Source: Lachnospiraceae bacterium
GTDB taxonomy: Archaea; Thermoplasmatota; Thermoplasmata; Methanomassiliicoccales; Methanomethylophilaceae
Assembly: GCA_963637895.1 (NCBI GenBank)
Contig: CAVHQB010000001.1
Coordinates: 1-49,541 of the forward strand
Direction of reading: 5' to 3'
DNA: 49,541 bases
Positions 27,973 through 37,718 of the stretch are shown here, piece after piece (the first letter of the stretch is position 1; each line of letters opens with the position of its first letter). The notes beneath the pieces are model-generated. The model was given only the letters and a program-made list of their open reading frames with translations. It was not told the origin of the DNA and made no database searches. The translations under genes and the position numbers were made by a program.

Positions 27973-28484
27973 CCGTCCAGGACCTGATATCTGGGATGCT
28001 GAGGGAGGACGGAGGGTTCCAGAAGGCCTTCCGCAGCATCCTGAACGACGAGCTGAACATGTCCCTCAACGAGTTCTGCCAGCTCTCGGGGATATCGCAG
28101 AGCACGATGTACAAGATCCTGGAGGACAAGCGCGAGCCGAACCTCAAGACGGTCCGCCAGGTCATCAAGGCTTTGAGGCTCCTGTCCGAGCCGGAGGGCT
28201 CGCACTTCATCGCCGTCATCGCCTACAGCTCCGTCCTGGAGGTCCTGCCGAGGACCGTGGACATGGGCGGAGGGCTCACGGTCACGCTCAGGGAGTACCC
28301 CGTCTCCACGGTGGAGGACGCCATCATCGCGGCCGTCCGCGCGGAGCGCGACGGAGCCCTCGGAGTCGTCTGCGCGCCCATCGTGGCGCCGACCGTGGAG
28401 AAGATCATCTCGATTCCCGTGTCCCGTGTGATCCCCACCACCAGCATCCTGCTGGCCATCGACAGGCTCAAGGACCTGATCTGA
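27969..28484 (+). CDS. XRE-type HTH regulator
   Basis: SGISQSTMYKIL...REPNLKTVRQ; AAVRAERDGA...CAPIV. Confidence 0.8.
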   Translation: MTVQDLISGMLREDGGFQKAFRSILNDELNMSLNEFCQLSGISQSTMYKILEDKREPNLKTVRQVIKALRLLSEPEGSHFIAVIAYSSVLEVLPRTVDMGGGLTVTLREYPVSTVEDAIIAAVRAERDGALGVVCAPIVAPTVEKIISIPVSRVIPTTSILLAIDRLKDLI

Positions 28485-28541
28485 TCGCTTCTCCAGATTT
28501 GTTAAAATAGGAGCTTAACTTTTACAGGCTTAGGTGCTCCT

Positions 28542-28997
28542 ATGTTCGAAATGCAGGTGGTCAGCAACGTCCCCATGGTGGGCGTGGACGATGTCAACGT
28601 CGTCGCAGAGACCTTCCTGGTCCAGATAGGCTACATCCCCAAGGGGTACGATCCCAAGACGGATGCCATCTCGGTCAGGGAGAGCGTGCCGTACAGGATG
28701 TTCATGGACTATCTGATGGAATACCCCGAGAAGGCATGGGCCGTGGAAGAGCTGGCCGCGCTGCTCGGGACCACCAAGCCCACGGTCTACAGGCACATCA
28801 ACAAGCTGAAGTCGATGGACCTGCTGGAGGTCATGGACGTCGAGTACGAGGGCCAGTCCAAGAAGGGCTACCGCATAAGGTTCGGCGACCTGACCAAGGC
28901 ATGGAGCTTCGCCGAGGCCAACGTGAGCATGGCCATGGAGAACTACCGCAAGACCATCGTTCATTTCCAGGAGCTCAAGAGGCAGAGGCGATCCTGA
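28542..28997 (+). CDS. wHTH transcriptional regulator
   Basis: VEELAALLGTTKPTVYRHINKLKSMDLLE. Confidence 0.8.
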   Translation: MFEMQVVSNVPMVGVDDVNVVAETFLVQIGYIPKGYDPKTDAISVRESVPYRMFMDYLMEYPEKAWAVEELAALLGTTKPTVYRHINKLKSMDLLEVMDVEYEGQSKKGYRIRFGDLTKAWSFAEANVSMAMENYRKTIVHFQELKRQRRS

Positions 28998-29257
28998 TGT
29001 CAGAAGATTTCATTTTATCCCCCGGTGCGCTGTTCGAGGTCACCTGGAGGCGCACGACCGATGACTGCCAGACGTTCAAAGGGCGTTACAAGGGCCTTTG
29101 CGCCGTGGCGTCCGACACCGCCCTCGTGTTCGAGGTCGGAGACGTGACCAGGCTCGTCAGCTCGTCCGCCATCGTCTGCATGGACCAGATCGAGAGCGCT
29201 CCCGAGCAGTCCGGCACATCGAAGAAAGCGGACCCCGGAAACGTGTTCTATGGCTGA
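28997..29257 (+). CDS. Small beta-rich (Sm-like?) protein with C-terminal FYG
   Basis: 86 aa, overlapping both neighbours; GRYKGL...ALVFEV...TRLVSSSAIVCMD; ends NVFYG. Confidence 0.65.
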   Translation: MSEDFILSPGALFEVTWRRTTDDCQTFKGRYKGLCAVASDTALVFEVGDVTRLVSSSAIVCMDQIESAPEQSGTSKKADPGNVFYG

Positions 29258-30794
29258 TCCGCAGATAGCTCCCTTCTCGGAGGAGCTCATCGACGCGGTC
29301 AAGACCGGGAAGGTCAAGGACCGCGACTCCCTTCAGAACCTCAAGCTGAAGCTCTGCAAGAAGTACGGCTTCGGCGACGTCCCACCGAACTCGGACGTCC
29401 TGGCGAACGTGCTTCCCGAGGACAGGAAGCTCCTCACGCCGTTCCTTCTGAAGAAGCCCACCCGCACGATCAGCGGAGTGGCCGTCGTCGCGGTGATGAC
29501 GTCTCCCCACGACTGCCCCCACGGGCGCTGCGCGTTCTGCCCCGGAGGGGTGGGCAACAACTCGCCGCAGTCGTACACGGGGAAGGAGCCTGCGGCCCGC
29601 AGGGCGGGAAGGAACGCCTTCGACCCGTGGATGCAGGTCAGGGACAGGGTGACACAGCTGACCGAGATCGGACACAAGACCGACAAGATAGACCTGATCA
29701 TCATGGGCGGCACCTTCACCAGCAGGGAGCCCGAGTACCAGGAATGGTTCGTCCGCAGGTGCTTCGATGCCCTGAACGGGCACGACTCCCCCACGCTGGA
29801 GGAGGCCCAGAGGCTCAACGAGGCCTCCGAGCACCGCTGCGTCGGGCTCACCGTCGAGACGCGCCCGGACGTCTTCACGCCCGAGCAGATCGACCGCGTC
29901 ATGCGCCTGGGGGCGACCCGTGTGGAGCTGGGGGTCCAGATCCTCGACGACGATGTCCTTCGCGGCGTCGACCGCGGGCACGGGACCGCCGAGGTGAGGG
30001 AATGCACCCGCAACTGCCGCGACCGCGGCCTGAAGGTGTGCTACCACATGATGCCCGGTCTCCCCGGATCATCACCGGAGAACGACCTGAAGTGCTTCAA
30101 GAGGGTCTTCGACGACCCCGATTTCAGGCCGGACATGCTGAAGTTCTATCCGGTGCTGGTGGTCGCCGGCACGAAGCTCTACGACATGTGGGAGGCCGGA
30201 GAATACTCCCCGTACCTGGAGGACACCGCTGTCCCGCTGCTGTCGCAGATGAAGTCGGCCGTTCCAGAATACGTGAGGATACAGCGCATCCAGAGGGACA
30301 TCCCCGTGACCGAGATCTCTGCCGGGATCCACAAGAGCAACATCCGCCAGCTCGTGGGCGACTACATGTCGGAGCACGGCATGGAATGCAGGTGCATCCG
30401 CTGCAGGGAGGTGGGCCATCGCGGCACTTCCCTGGACGACCCGGACCGCGTGGTCCTGAAGGACACGGTCTACGAGGCCTGCGGGGGCACGGAGCACTTC
30501 GTCGCGCTGGAGTACGACGACGCCATCGTCGGATACATCCGCGTGAGGCTCGACTCCAACCCCGAGGCGACGATAAGGGAGCTGAAGGTCTTCGGAAAGG
30601 TCGCTTCCATCGGGGACGAGGGCGAGGACTGGCAGCACAGAGGCTACGGCAGAAGGCTGGTGTCCGAGGCCGAACGTATCGCAGCTGAGGCCGGAAGGAG
30701 CCGCATAAGGGTGACCAGCGGAGTCGGCGTCAGAGGGTACTACAGGTCCCTCGGCTTCTCCGAGGACCTGCCTTACATGGCCAAGGACCTCTGA
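29250..30794 (+). CDS. elp3: Elp3 tRNA uridine(34) acetyltransferase
   Basis: CPHGRCAFCPGG, MGGTF, ETRPD, RIQRDIP, QHRGYG. Confidence 0.95.
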   Translation: MADPQIAPFSEELIDAVKTGKVKDRDSLQNLKLKLCKKYGFGDVPPNSDVLANVLPEDRKLLTPFLLKKPTRTISGVAVVAVMTSPHDCPHGRCAFCPGGVGNNSPQSYTGKEPAARRAGRNAFDPWMQVRDRVTQLTEIGHKTDKIDLIIMGGTFTSREPEYQEWFVRRCFDALNGHDSPTLEEAQRLNEASEHRCVGLTVETRPDVFTPEQIDRVMRLGATRVELGVQILDDDVLRGVDRGHGTAEVRECTRNCRDRGLKVCYHMMPGLPGSSPENDLKCFKRVFDDPDFRPDMLKFYPVLVVAGTKLYDMWEAGEYSPYLEDTAVPLLSQMKSAVPEYVRIQRIQRDIPVTEISAGIHKSNIRQLVGDYMSEHGMECRCIRCREVGHRGTSLDDPDRVVLKDTVYEACGGTEHFVALEYDDAIVGYIRVRLDSNPEATIRELKVFGKVASIGDEGEDWQHRGYGRRLVSEAERIAAEAGRSRIRVTSGVGVRGYYRSLGFSEDLPYMAKDL

Positions 30795-32999
30795 TCATCC
30801 GTAGAACGGCACGTTGTCCCATCCGGTCCTGCGCTTCTTCATGTCCCTGCCCATGTTGGCATATCCTTTCAGGATCGCATCGTCCACGGACGGGCCCACG
30901 CGCTCCAGGGCGGCCGAGAAGTCCGCAGACGTGACCCTCTCCGCTCCGTGATCCCTGCGGTAGGCGCACAGGGCCGCTTCCCTGCACAATGCGGCCAGGT
31001 CCGCCCCCACATAGCCGTCGGTGACCGAGGCGATGTGCCCGAGGTCCACGCCCTCCAGCGGCATGTCCCTGGCCTGGACCTTCAGGATCGCCAGCCTGGA
31101 CGCCTCGTCGGGCTTCCCTACGAGGATCAGGCTGTCGAACCTCCCGGGCCTCAGCAGGGCGGGGTCGATCATGTCCGGCCTGTTGGTCGCGGCCATGACC
31201 GTGACGTTCTTCATGCTCTCCACGCCGTCCATGGACGTGAGGAGCTGGGCCACAACCCTCTCCCAGGAGGAGCTGTCGCCTGCGCCGCGCACGGGCGCTA
31301 TGGAGTCTATCTCGTCGAAGAATATGATGCAGGGCGCCATCTGCTTGGCGCGCTTGAATATCTGGCGTATGGCCCTCTCGCTCTCGCCCAGCCATTTGCT
31401 GGCGACCTCCGGGCCGTTCACGGAGATGAAGTTGGTGCCCGACTCGTTGGCCACCGCCTTGGCGATTAGCGTCTTCCCCGTGCCCGGAGGGCCGTAGAGC
31501 AGCACGCCCTTGCCAGGCCTTATGCCGAGCCTGTCGTAGGCGCTGTTGCCCTCTTCCGGCACCAGCATCTCGGAGATCTCCCTGCGGACGTCGTCCAGCC
31601 CGCCCACGTCGGACCAGGAGACCTTGGGGATCTCCACCAGGACCTCCCTCATTCCGCTGGGCTCCACATCGTTGAGGGCCTCGGTGAAGTCGTCCATGCC
31701 CACTTTCATGTTCTCGAGGATCTGCGAGGGCACGGGCTTGTCCAGGTCCATCTCCCTCATGCGGGAGCTGAGGCAGTGCATCGCAGCCTCCCTGCACAAT
31801 GCGGCCAGGTCAGCTCCGACGAAGCCCTGGGTCATCGCCGCAAGGGCGTCCAGGTCAACGGAAGCGTCCAGGGGCATGTCCCTGGTGTGCACGTCCAGGA
31901 TGTCGCGCCTGCCCTTCCTCCCTGGGACCCCTATCTCGATCTCCCTGTCGAACCTGCCGGGGCGGCGGAGGGCGGGATCTATGGAGTCCTCCCTGTTCGT
32001 CGCTCCTATGACGATCACGTTCCCCCTGTCGCCCAGGCCGTCCATGAGGGTCAGCAGCTGGGCCACCACCCTCCTCTCCACCTCTCCGTACACGGAGTCC
32101 CTGTTGGGCGCTATGGAGTCGATCTCGTCCAGGAAGACGATGCTGGGGGTGTTCTGGGAGGCCTCCTGGAAGATGTCGCGGAGGCGCTCCTCGCTCTGGC
32201 CGTAGTACTGGCCCATGATCTCCGGCCCTCTGACCGAGAAGAGCGACGCGCCGGACTCGTTGGCGACGGCTTCCGCTATGAGCGTCTTACCCGTGCCGGG
32301 AGGCCCGTACAGGAGGACCCCTCTGGGGGCCCCTATGCCGAGCCTGTCGAAGAGCTCCGGATGCTTCAGGGGGAGCTCGATCATCTCCCTGATGCGCTTG
32401 AGCTCGTCGTCCAGGCCTCCGACGTCGTCGTAGGTGATCTGCTGCCTTGCGGAGGCTCCCTTGGCCTTCTCCTTCTTCGCGTTGCCGTCCTTCAGGACGA
32501 TCCTGGTGGACCCGGACACTATCACCGGCCCCTGGGGCACGGTGGACACGACCGTGAATATGGACCGGTTCCCCATCAGCGCGATGTTCGGCACTATGAG
32601 GTCGGTGCCGGACACCAGCGGCCTGGCCATCAGGCCCTTGAGGAACATCTCCTCGATCCCGGGCTCGAACCTTATCGTCTTGCCCTCGGGGATGTTGGGC
32701 GCCAGGACCACCTGCTCCGCCAGCTTGGGGTCGCATCTCCTGACGGTGACGCTCTCGTCCACGCTGACGCCGGCGCTGGTCCTCGTCAGGCCGTCGATGA
32801 AGATCATCCCCTTGCCCTCGTTCTCCACGTCGCACTTGAACACCTTGGCCACCACGGCCCTCTTGCCGACGATCTCTATGGTGTCCCCTATGTCCACGCC
32901 GAGCGCCGCCCGCGAACCGTTGTCTATCCTGGCGCGGCCGTAGCCCGCTTCCGACTGCCTCTGCGCCATGGCGACCCTGAGGACGATGGAACCTGTCAT
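30795..32999 (-). CDS. cdc48: CDC48/VAT-family AAA ATPase
   Basis: N domain plus two AAA modules (GPPGTGKT, DEID, RPGRFD); C-terminal PFYG. Confidence 0.95.
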   Translation of the reverse strand: MTGSIVLRVAMAQRQSEAGYGRARIDNGSRAALGVDIGDTIEIVGKRAVVAKVFKCDVENEGKGMIFIDGLTRTSAGVSVDESVTVRRCDPKLAEQVVLAPNIPEGKTIRFEPGIEEMFLKGLMARPLVSGTDLIVPNIALMGNRSIFTVVSTVPQGPVIVSGSTRIVLKDGNAKKEKAKGASARQQITYDDVGGLDDELKRIREMIELPLKHPELFDRLGIGAPRGVLLYGPPGTGKTLIAEAVANESGASLFSVRGPEIMGQYYGQSEERLRDIFQEASQNTPSIVFLDEIDSIAPNRDSVYGEVERRVVAQLLTLMDGLGDRGNVIVIGATNREDSIDPALRRPGRFDREIEIGVPGRKGRRDILDVHTRDMPLDASVDLDALAAMTQGFVGADLAALCREAAMHCLSSRMREMDLDKPVPSQILENMKVGMDDFTEALNDVEPSGMREVLVEIPKVSWSDVGGLDDVRREISEMLVPEEGNSAYDRLGIRPGKGVLLYGPPGTGKTLIAKAVANESGTNFISVNGPEVASKWLGESERAIRQIFKRAKQMAPCIIFFDEIDSIAPVRGAGDSSSWERVVAQLLTSMDGVESMKNVTVMAATNRPDMIDPALLRPGRFDSLILVGKPDEASRLAILKVQARDMPLEGVDLGHIASVTDGYVGADLAALCREAALCAYRRDHGAERVTSADFSAALERVGPSVDDAILKGYANMGRDMKKRRTGWDNVPFYG

Positions 33000-33094
33000 C
33001 GCTCCTCTGTACAGGTCCGGGGATGATTAAGATTGCGCGCGACGTGCGCGCGCACGCGCAGGGTTAATATGGGGCCCCAGCCATGGCATCCGCA

Positions 33095-33343
33095 ATGACA
33101 GTCATCGAAATCAGAATCGAGCTCAAGAAGGGCGTCGCAGACCCCGAGGGCAGGAACACCCACAAGACCCTGGAGTCCCTTGGATTCGAGGGGATCTCCT
33201 CCGTGAAGACGGTCAAGCTGTTCGAGGTCGAGCTGGACGCTCCCGCGGACAAGGCCGTGGCCATGGGCGAGGAGATGTGCAGGAAGCTCCTGGCCAACCC
33301 CGTCATCCAGAACTACAGCGTCACGGTCAGGCGATCTCAATGA
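33095..33343 (+). CDS. purS: FGAM synthase subunit PurS
   Basis: LKKGVADPEG, LLANPVIQNY; alternative start 33083. Confidence 0.95.
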   Translation: MTVIEIRIELKKGVADPEGRNTHKTLESLGFEGISSVKTVKLFEVELDAPADKAVAMGEEMCRKLLANPVIQNYSVTVRRSQ

Positions 33344-35670
33344 CCGGGCCGATGATCAAGCGCGACGTCCCCTTCCCGCTGTACGACGTCGCCATCCTGG
33401 ACGCTTCAGACGACGTTCTGTCCGCAGTCTCCGCGGACATGTCGCTGGGGCTCTCCCTTGACGAGATGAAGCGCGTCAGGGACTATTTCGCGAAAGAGGG
33501 CAGGAACCCCACCGACGTGGAGCTCCAGGCCCTTGGACAGGCATGGAGCGAGCACTGCTGCTACAAGAGCTCCAAGCCCATACTGAAGGAGTTCGTCTTC
33601 GGGCTGGACCGCGAGGACATCCTCTCCAAAGGGGACGCCGGGGTCATGGTCTTCGACGACGACTACGGCTACGCCCTGAGGATCGAGAGCCACAACCACC
33701 CCTCCGCCATCGAGCCCTACGGAGGCGCGGCCACGGGGATCGGGGGCATCCTGAGGGATGTCGTGTGCATGGGAGCGCAGCCCATAGGTCTGGCAGACCC
33801 CCTGTGCTTCGGGCCCATCGACCGCAAGGGCGAGCTCCCACCGGGAGTCAAGCACCCCAGGTACCTGGTGAACGGAGTCGTGTCGGGGATCAGGGACTAC
33901 GGGAACAGGGTCGGGATCCCCACCATCACGGGCGGCTTCTTCTTCGACGAGAAGTACACCGGCAACTGCCTGGTCAACGTGGCCTGCCTCGGCATCGTGA
34001 AGAGGGCCGACCTGGCCAAGAACTACGCCGGAGGCCCCGGGGAGGTCATGATCCTCATCGGCGGGCGCACCGGCCGCGACGGGATCCACGGGGTCAACTT
34101 CGCCTCCGCGGACCTGACAGCAACATCCGAGGACGATTCGAGGGGAGCTGTCCAGCTGGGAGACCCCATCACGAAAGAGCCTGTCATGCACGCCTGCTTC
34201 GAGGTCAACGCCAAGCACCTCATCACCGGTATGAAGGACCTGGGCGGAGGAGGACTGAGCTGCGTCGTGGGCGAGATGGCCCTGGACGCCGGCTGCGGAG
34301 CCGACGTGGACCTGGAGAAGGTCCCGCTGAAGGAGCCCGGGCTGGCCCCGTGGGAGATCTGGGTGTCCGAGTCCCAGGAGCGCATGATGTGCACCTGCAA
34401 GCCCGAGAACGTGGACGCCGTGCTGGAGATCTTCGAGATGTGGGACGTGCTGGCCACTCCAGTCGCGAAGACCACCGATCAGAAGCGCACCCGCCTGTTC
34501 TGGAACGGCGAGCCCATATTCGACATGGACCTGGAGTTCCTCACCGGAGGGCCGGTCTACAACAGGCCCTATGTCCTGCCCGAAGTCAGCACCAAGGCCG
34601 GGGAGAAGTTCCCCCAGCTGCCTTCCGACAAGGATGTCATCCTGTCCCTGCTCTCCGACCCCAACGTGGCGTCGAAGGAGTGGGCCATAAGGCAGTACGA
34701 CCACGAGGTCCGCGCCTCCACCGTCGTCCACCCGATGGTCGGTCCCCTGAACGAGACCGGTCCCGGAGACGCTTCCGTGCTCAGGCCGGTCCACGACAGC
34801 TGGAAGGGCCTCGCCGCTGCGATCGGATGCAACCCCTGGTTCACCGAGGGAGACCCCTACAAGGGCGGCATGTCCTGCATCGACGAGACCTGCAGGAACC
34901 TGGTCGCCGTGGGCGCCAGGCCCAACGCGTTCACCGACTGCCTGAACTTCGGCAACCCTGAGAAGCCCGAGAGGCTCGGGGAGTTCAGGGAGGCAGTCCG
35001 CGGAATCGGCGAGATCGCCAGGGAGCTGAACATCCCCATACCCTCCGGTAACGTCAGCCTGTACAACGAGGCCCCCGGAGGGCACCACATCCTGCCCACT
35101 CCGATGATCCTCGGATGCGGCCTCATCGACGACCTGAGGAAAGCGGTCACTGCAGACTTCAAGAAGGTCGGCAGCTGCATCTTCGTGGTCGGGAAGACCA
35201 AGGACGAGATGGGCATGTCCCTGCTGTTCAGGAAGTTCGGCGGAGAGGAGGGCGCGGTCCCCGGAGTCGACGTCGCACAGCTCAAGAGGTGCATGGACGA
35301 GCTGCTCAAGGCCATGGACGAGGGCCTGGTCCTCTCATGCCACGACTGCTCCGACGGCGGCATCGCCGTCGCCGTGGCGGAGATGTGCATCTCCGGCCAC
35401 ATCGGTGCGGAGATCGACCTGTCCGGCATAGACCTGTCCGACCTCAGGCGCAAGCTCTACTCCGAGAGCAACACCAGGTGGATCGTGGAGGTCGACGGCA
35501 TGGATGTCACCAGGTTCACCGAGATCATGGGCGCGGACGCCACCCTGCTGGGGATAACCAAGGGCGACTGCCTCAAGATAAAGGACAACGGGACCATCGT
35601 CCCGGTGGAGGAGATGAGGGCCGCTTGGAACGACCCCATCTGGAAGATCATGGGAGGTGCTGCGGAATGA
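33340..35670 (+). CDS. purL: FGAM synthase subunit PurL
   Basis: WSEHCCYKSS, ESHNHPS, SESQERM, LNFGNPE. Confidence 0.97.
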   Translation: MTGPMIKRDVPFPLYDVAILDASDDVLSAVSADMSLGLSLDEMKRVRDYFAKEGRNPTDVELQALGQAWSEHCCYKSSKPILKEFVFGLDREDILSKGDAGVMVFDDDYGYALRIESHNHPSAIEPYGGAATGIGGILRDVVCMGAQPIGLADPLCFGPIDRKGELPPGVKHPRYLVNGVVSGIRDYGNRVGIPTITGGFFFDEKYTGNCLVNVACLGIVKRADLAKNYAGGPGEVMILIGGRTGRDGIHGVNFASADLTATSEDDSRGAVQLGDPITKEPVMHACFEVNAKHLITGMKDLGGGGLSCVVGEMALDAGCGADVDLEKVPLKEPGLAPWEIWVSESQERMMCTCKPENVDAVLEIFEMWDVLATPVAKTTDQKRTRLFWNGEPIFDMDLEFLTGGPVYNRPYVLPEVSTKAGEKFPQLPSDKDVILSLLSDPNVASKEWAIRQYDHEVRASTVVHPMVGPLNETGPGDASVLRPVHDSWKGLAAAIGCNPWFTEGDPYKGGMSCIDETCRNLVAVGARPNAFTDCLNFGNPEKPERLGEFREAVRGIGEIARELNIPIPSGNVSLYNEAPGGHHILPTPMILGCGLIDDLRKAVTADFKKVGSCIFVVGKTKDEMGMSLLFRKFGGEEGAVPGVDVAQLKRCMDELLKAMDEGLVLSCHDCSDGGIAVAVAEMCISGHIGAEIDLSGIDLSDLRRKLYSESNTRWIVEVDGMDVTRFTEIMGADATLLGITKGDCLKIKDNGTIVPVEEMRAAWNDPIWKIMGGAAE

Positions 35671-36482
35671 AGGCCGGCGACATCAAGGTGTGCGTCATCA
35701 GGATAGAGGGAACGAACTGCGAGGACGAGATGGCCGAGGCCTTCAGGGCCGTCGGCGCACAGGCCGAGGAGGTCCACCTCAAGCAGCTGATCAAGCAGGC
35801 CCCGGCAGGCATGTGCAGGGACCTGGAGGACTACGACATCCTCGCCTTCCCCGGAGGGTTCTCCGCAGGGGACTATGTCCGCGCGGGAGCCATCTTCGGC
35901 GCCAGGATAAAGGCAGGGATAGGGTCCGAGGTCAGGAGGTTCGTCGAGTCCGAGAAGCCTGTCATCGGCGTGTGCAACGGGTTCCAGATCCTCGTGGAGA
36001 TGGGGCTGCTGCCCGCGATGGACGACGTGATGACCGAGAGGCCCACGGCCGCCCTGTACACCAACGACTCCGGAAGGTTCGAGTGCCGCCCCACCGTGCT
36101 CCGCAACGACAACCGCGGCAAGTGCATCTTCACCAAGGACATCCCCGAGAAGAGGATGCTCATGATCCCCTCCGCTCACGCCGAAGGGAAGCTGATGAGC
36201 ATGGACCCCGACTTCGTCCAGAAGCTCGAGGACAACGACCAGGTCGTGTTCCGCTACGTCCGCCCCGACGGATCCGACGCGGATTACCCCTGGAACCCCA
36301 ACGGCTCTCCCTCGGACATCGCAGGCATCTGCAACCCCGCAGGGAACGTCATGGGCATGATGCCCCACCCGGAGCGTGTGATCACCAGGTTCACGCATCC
36401 CGACTGGACGAGGGGCTTCGTGGAGGAGGACGGAGACGGGAAGGCCATCTTCCAGTCCGTCATCGACTCCTTGACAAACTGA
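35667..36482 (+). CDS. purQ: FGAM synthase subunit PurQ
   Basis: GTNCE, PGGFSAGD, GVCNGFQ, MMPHPER. Confidence 0.97.
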   Translation: MKAGDIKVCVIRIEGTNCEDEMAEAFRAVGAQAEEVHLKQLIKQAPAGMCRDLEDYDILAFPGGFSAGDYVRAGAIFGARIKAGIGSEVRRFVESEKPVIGVCNGFQILVEMGLLPAMDDVMTERPTAALYTNDSGRFECRPTVLRNDNRGKCIFTKDIPEKRMLMIPSAHAEGKLMSMDPDFVQKLEDNDQVVFRYVRPDGSDADYPWNPNGSPSDIAGICNPAGNVMGMMPHPERVITRFTHPDWTRGFVEEDGDGKAIFQSVIDSLTN

Positions 36483-36516
36483 TTCCAACGGCCCTCGCGG
36501 GCTGTTTCTCAAAACC

Positions 36517-36535
36517 GCCGGGGGATTCCCCCGGC
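36517..36535. terminator. Hairpin between convergent purQ and ribK
   Basis: GCCGGGGG-ATT-CCCCCGGC. Confidence 0.45.
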
Positions 36536-36561
36536 ACTACATGCTTTCAGAACGAAGGCGG

Positions 36562-37218
36562 TCAGAGCGAGATCTTCACGTCGACGCTGTCGCCGTCCTC
36601 CAGGCTCAGGGTCCTCCTGAGGTGGTACTGGCAGATTATCTCGATCGTGTCGATGTAATGGGACCTCTCCGGGACCACGATGGCGCAGTCGATGTTGCGG
36701 ATCTTCGCCTTGTACGCCAGCACGTCTCCGAAGCTGCGGCCCTCGCTGGAGAAACCGTCGATCGTTATGCCGGCGACGCTTCTGACCATGTCGAGCTTCC
36801 CGACGTCCTCCGGGTCCACGCGGACGTTGAGCGTGCCCTGGAACGGCCTGAAGCCCAGCTTGGACTCGAACTGGGACATGTACTTGTCCTGGCAGATGTA
36901 GTACCCGCCCTCCCCCATGCCGGACACGACGCCGCCGTGAAGGGTGATGTGGTCGGTGAGCTCGAAGATCCTGCGGTACTCGCTGTACTCGCGCCTCAGG
37001 TCGTCGATCCCCTTCTGGGTGATCTTGATGCGCTGCCTGCGCGCCCCGAGGTCGCGGACGATGTACTTCTCGTCCAGCAGCTCCAGGATCCTCTTGGATG
37101 CCGACTGTTGGCTCATCTCGAGCGCGTCGCCAAGCTCCCTGGAGGAGATCGCAATGTAATCGTCCATTGCGCCCAGCAGGGCCAGCTTCCTGAGCGCGAA
37201 GGAGAACTTCTCGTCCAT
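36562..37218 (-). CDS. ribK: CTP-dependent riboflavin kinase with N-terminal HTH (RbkR type)
   Basis: SQQSASKR HTH; SGMGEGGYY, FQGTLN, LEDGD. Confidence 0.92.
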   Translation of the reverse strand: MDEKFSFALRKLALLGAMDDYIAISSRELGDALEMSQQSASKRILELLDEKYIVRDLGARRQRIKITQKGIDDLRREYSEYRRIFELTDHITLHGGVVSGMGEGGYYICQDKYMSQFESKLGFRPFQGTLNVRVDPEDVGKLDMVRSVAGITIDGFSSEGRSFGDVLAYKAKIRNIDCAIVVPERSHYIDTIEIICQYHLRRTLSLEDGDSVDVKISL

Positions 37219-37284
37219 GAGGGGTTGAACGCTGTCACCGATTTAAACCTACCTGGATAGGGGTATTTACTGGATAAAGCGTAG

Positions 37285-37311
37285 AAAAAAGGGACGGGCC
37301 CTTGCGGGCCC
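37285..37311 (-). terminator. Hairpin + U-tract after the membrane-protein pair
   Basis: GGGCCC-TTGC-GGGCCC, with an A6 tract at 37285-37290. Confidence 0.45.
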
Positions 37312-37323
37312 ATGGAAATGATT

Positions 37324-37689
37324 TCAGACCCTCTGGGCGTCGACCCACTTGGAGACAGTGGGGCAGGCACCGATGAGGATGCAGGCCGCGCCGATGACGG
37401 CGAGGATGAGGTTGACCCAAACGAAGGTGGCCTCATAGAGGATCGAGAGGACGACCATCGCCTCGCAGACGGCTGCGATGATGACGACGGTGTTCCCTGC
37501 GACAGGGGTGACCTTGGTGAAGGTTCCCGCGGTGGCGAAGAACATGGCTGCGACGAGCATGTTCAGGCCCACGAGGGGCATGCAATCGACTGTTCCGTCC
37601 CAGGAATAGGCCATTGCCGCCAGGGCGATGATCCCGCCGAGGAAGCCGAGGCCGATTCCGAATACCATTTTGCTGGGCATAGCTGCCAT
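37324..37689 (-). CDS. Small multi-pass membrane protein
   Basis: 121 aa, about four hydrophobic segments, AGGA-type SD before MAAMPSK. Confidence 0.75.
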   Translation of the reverse strand: MAAMPSKMVFGIGLGFLGGIIALAAMAYSWDGTVDCMPLVGLNMLVAAMFFATAGTFTKVTPVAGNTVVIIAAVCEAMVVLSILYEATFVWVNLILAVIGAACILIGACPTVSKWVDAQRV

Positions 37690-37718
37690 TTTGATTCCTT
37701 CCTTGATTGTTGGACCGA

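Noticed and set aside
37219..37285. RbkR operator upstream of ribK
   Set aside because: Only short CTGGATA repeats and a weak TACC/GGTA dyad are visible, too little to support a site.
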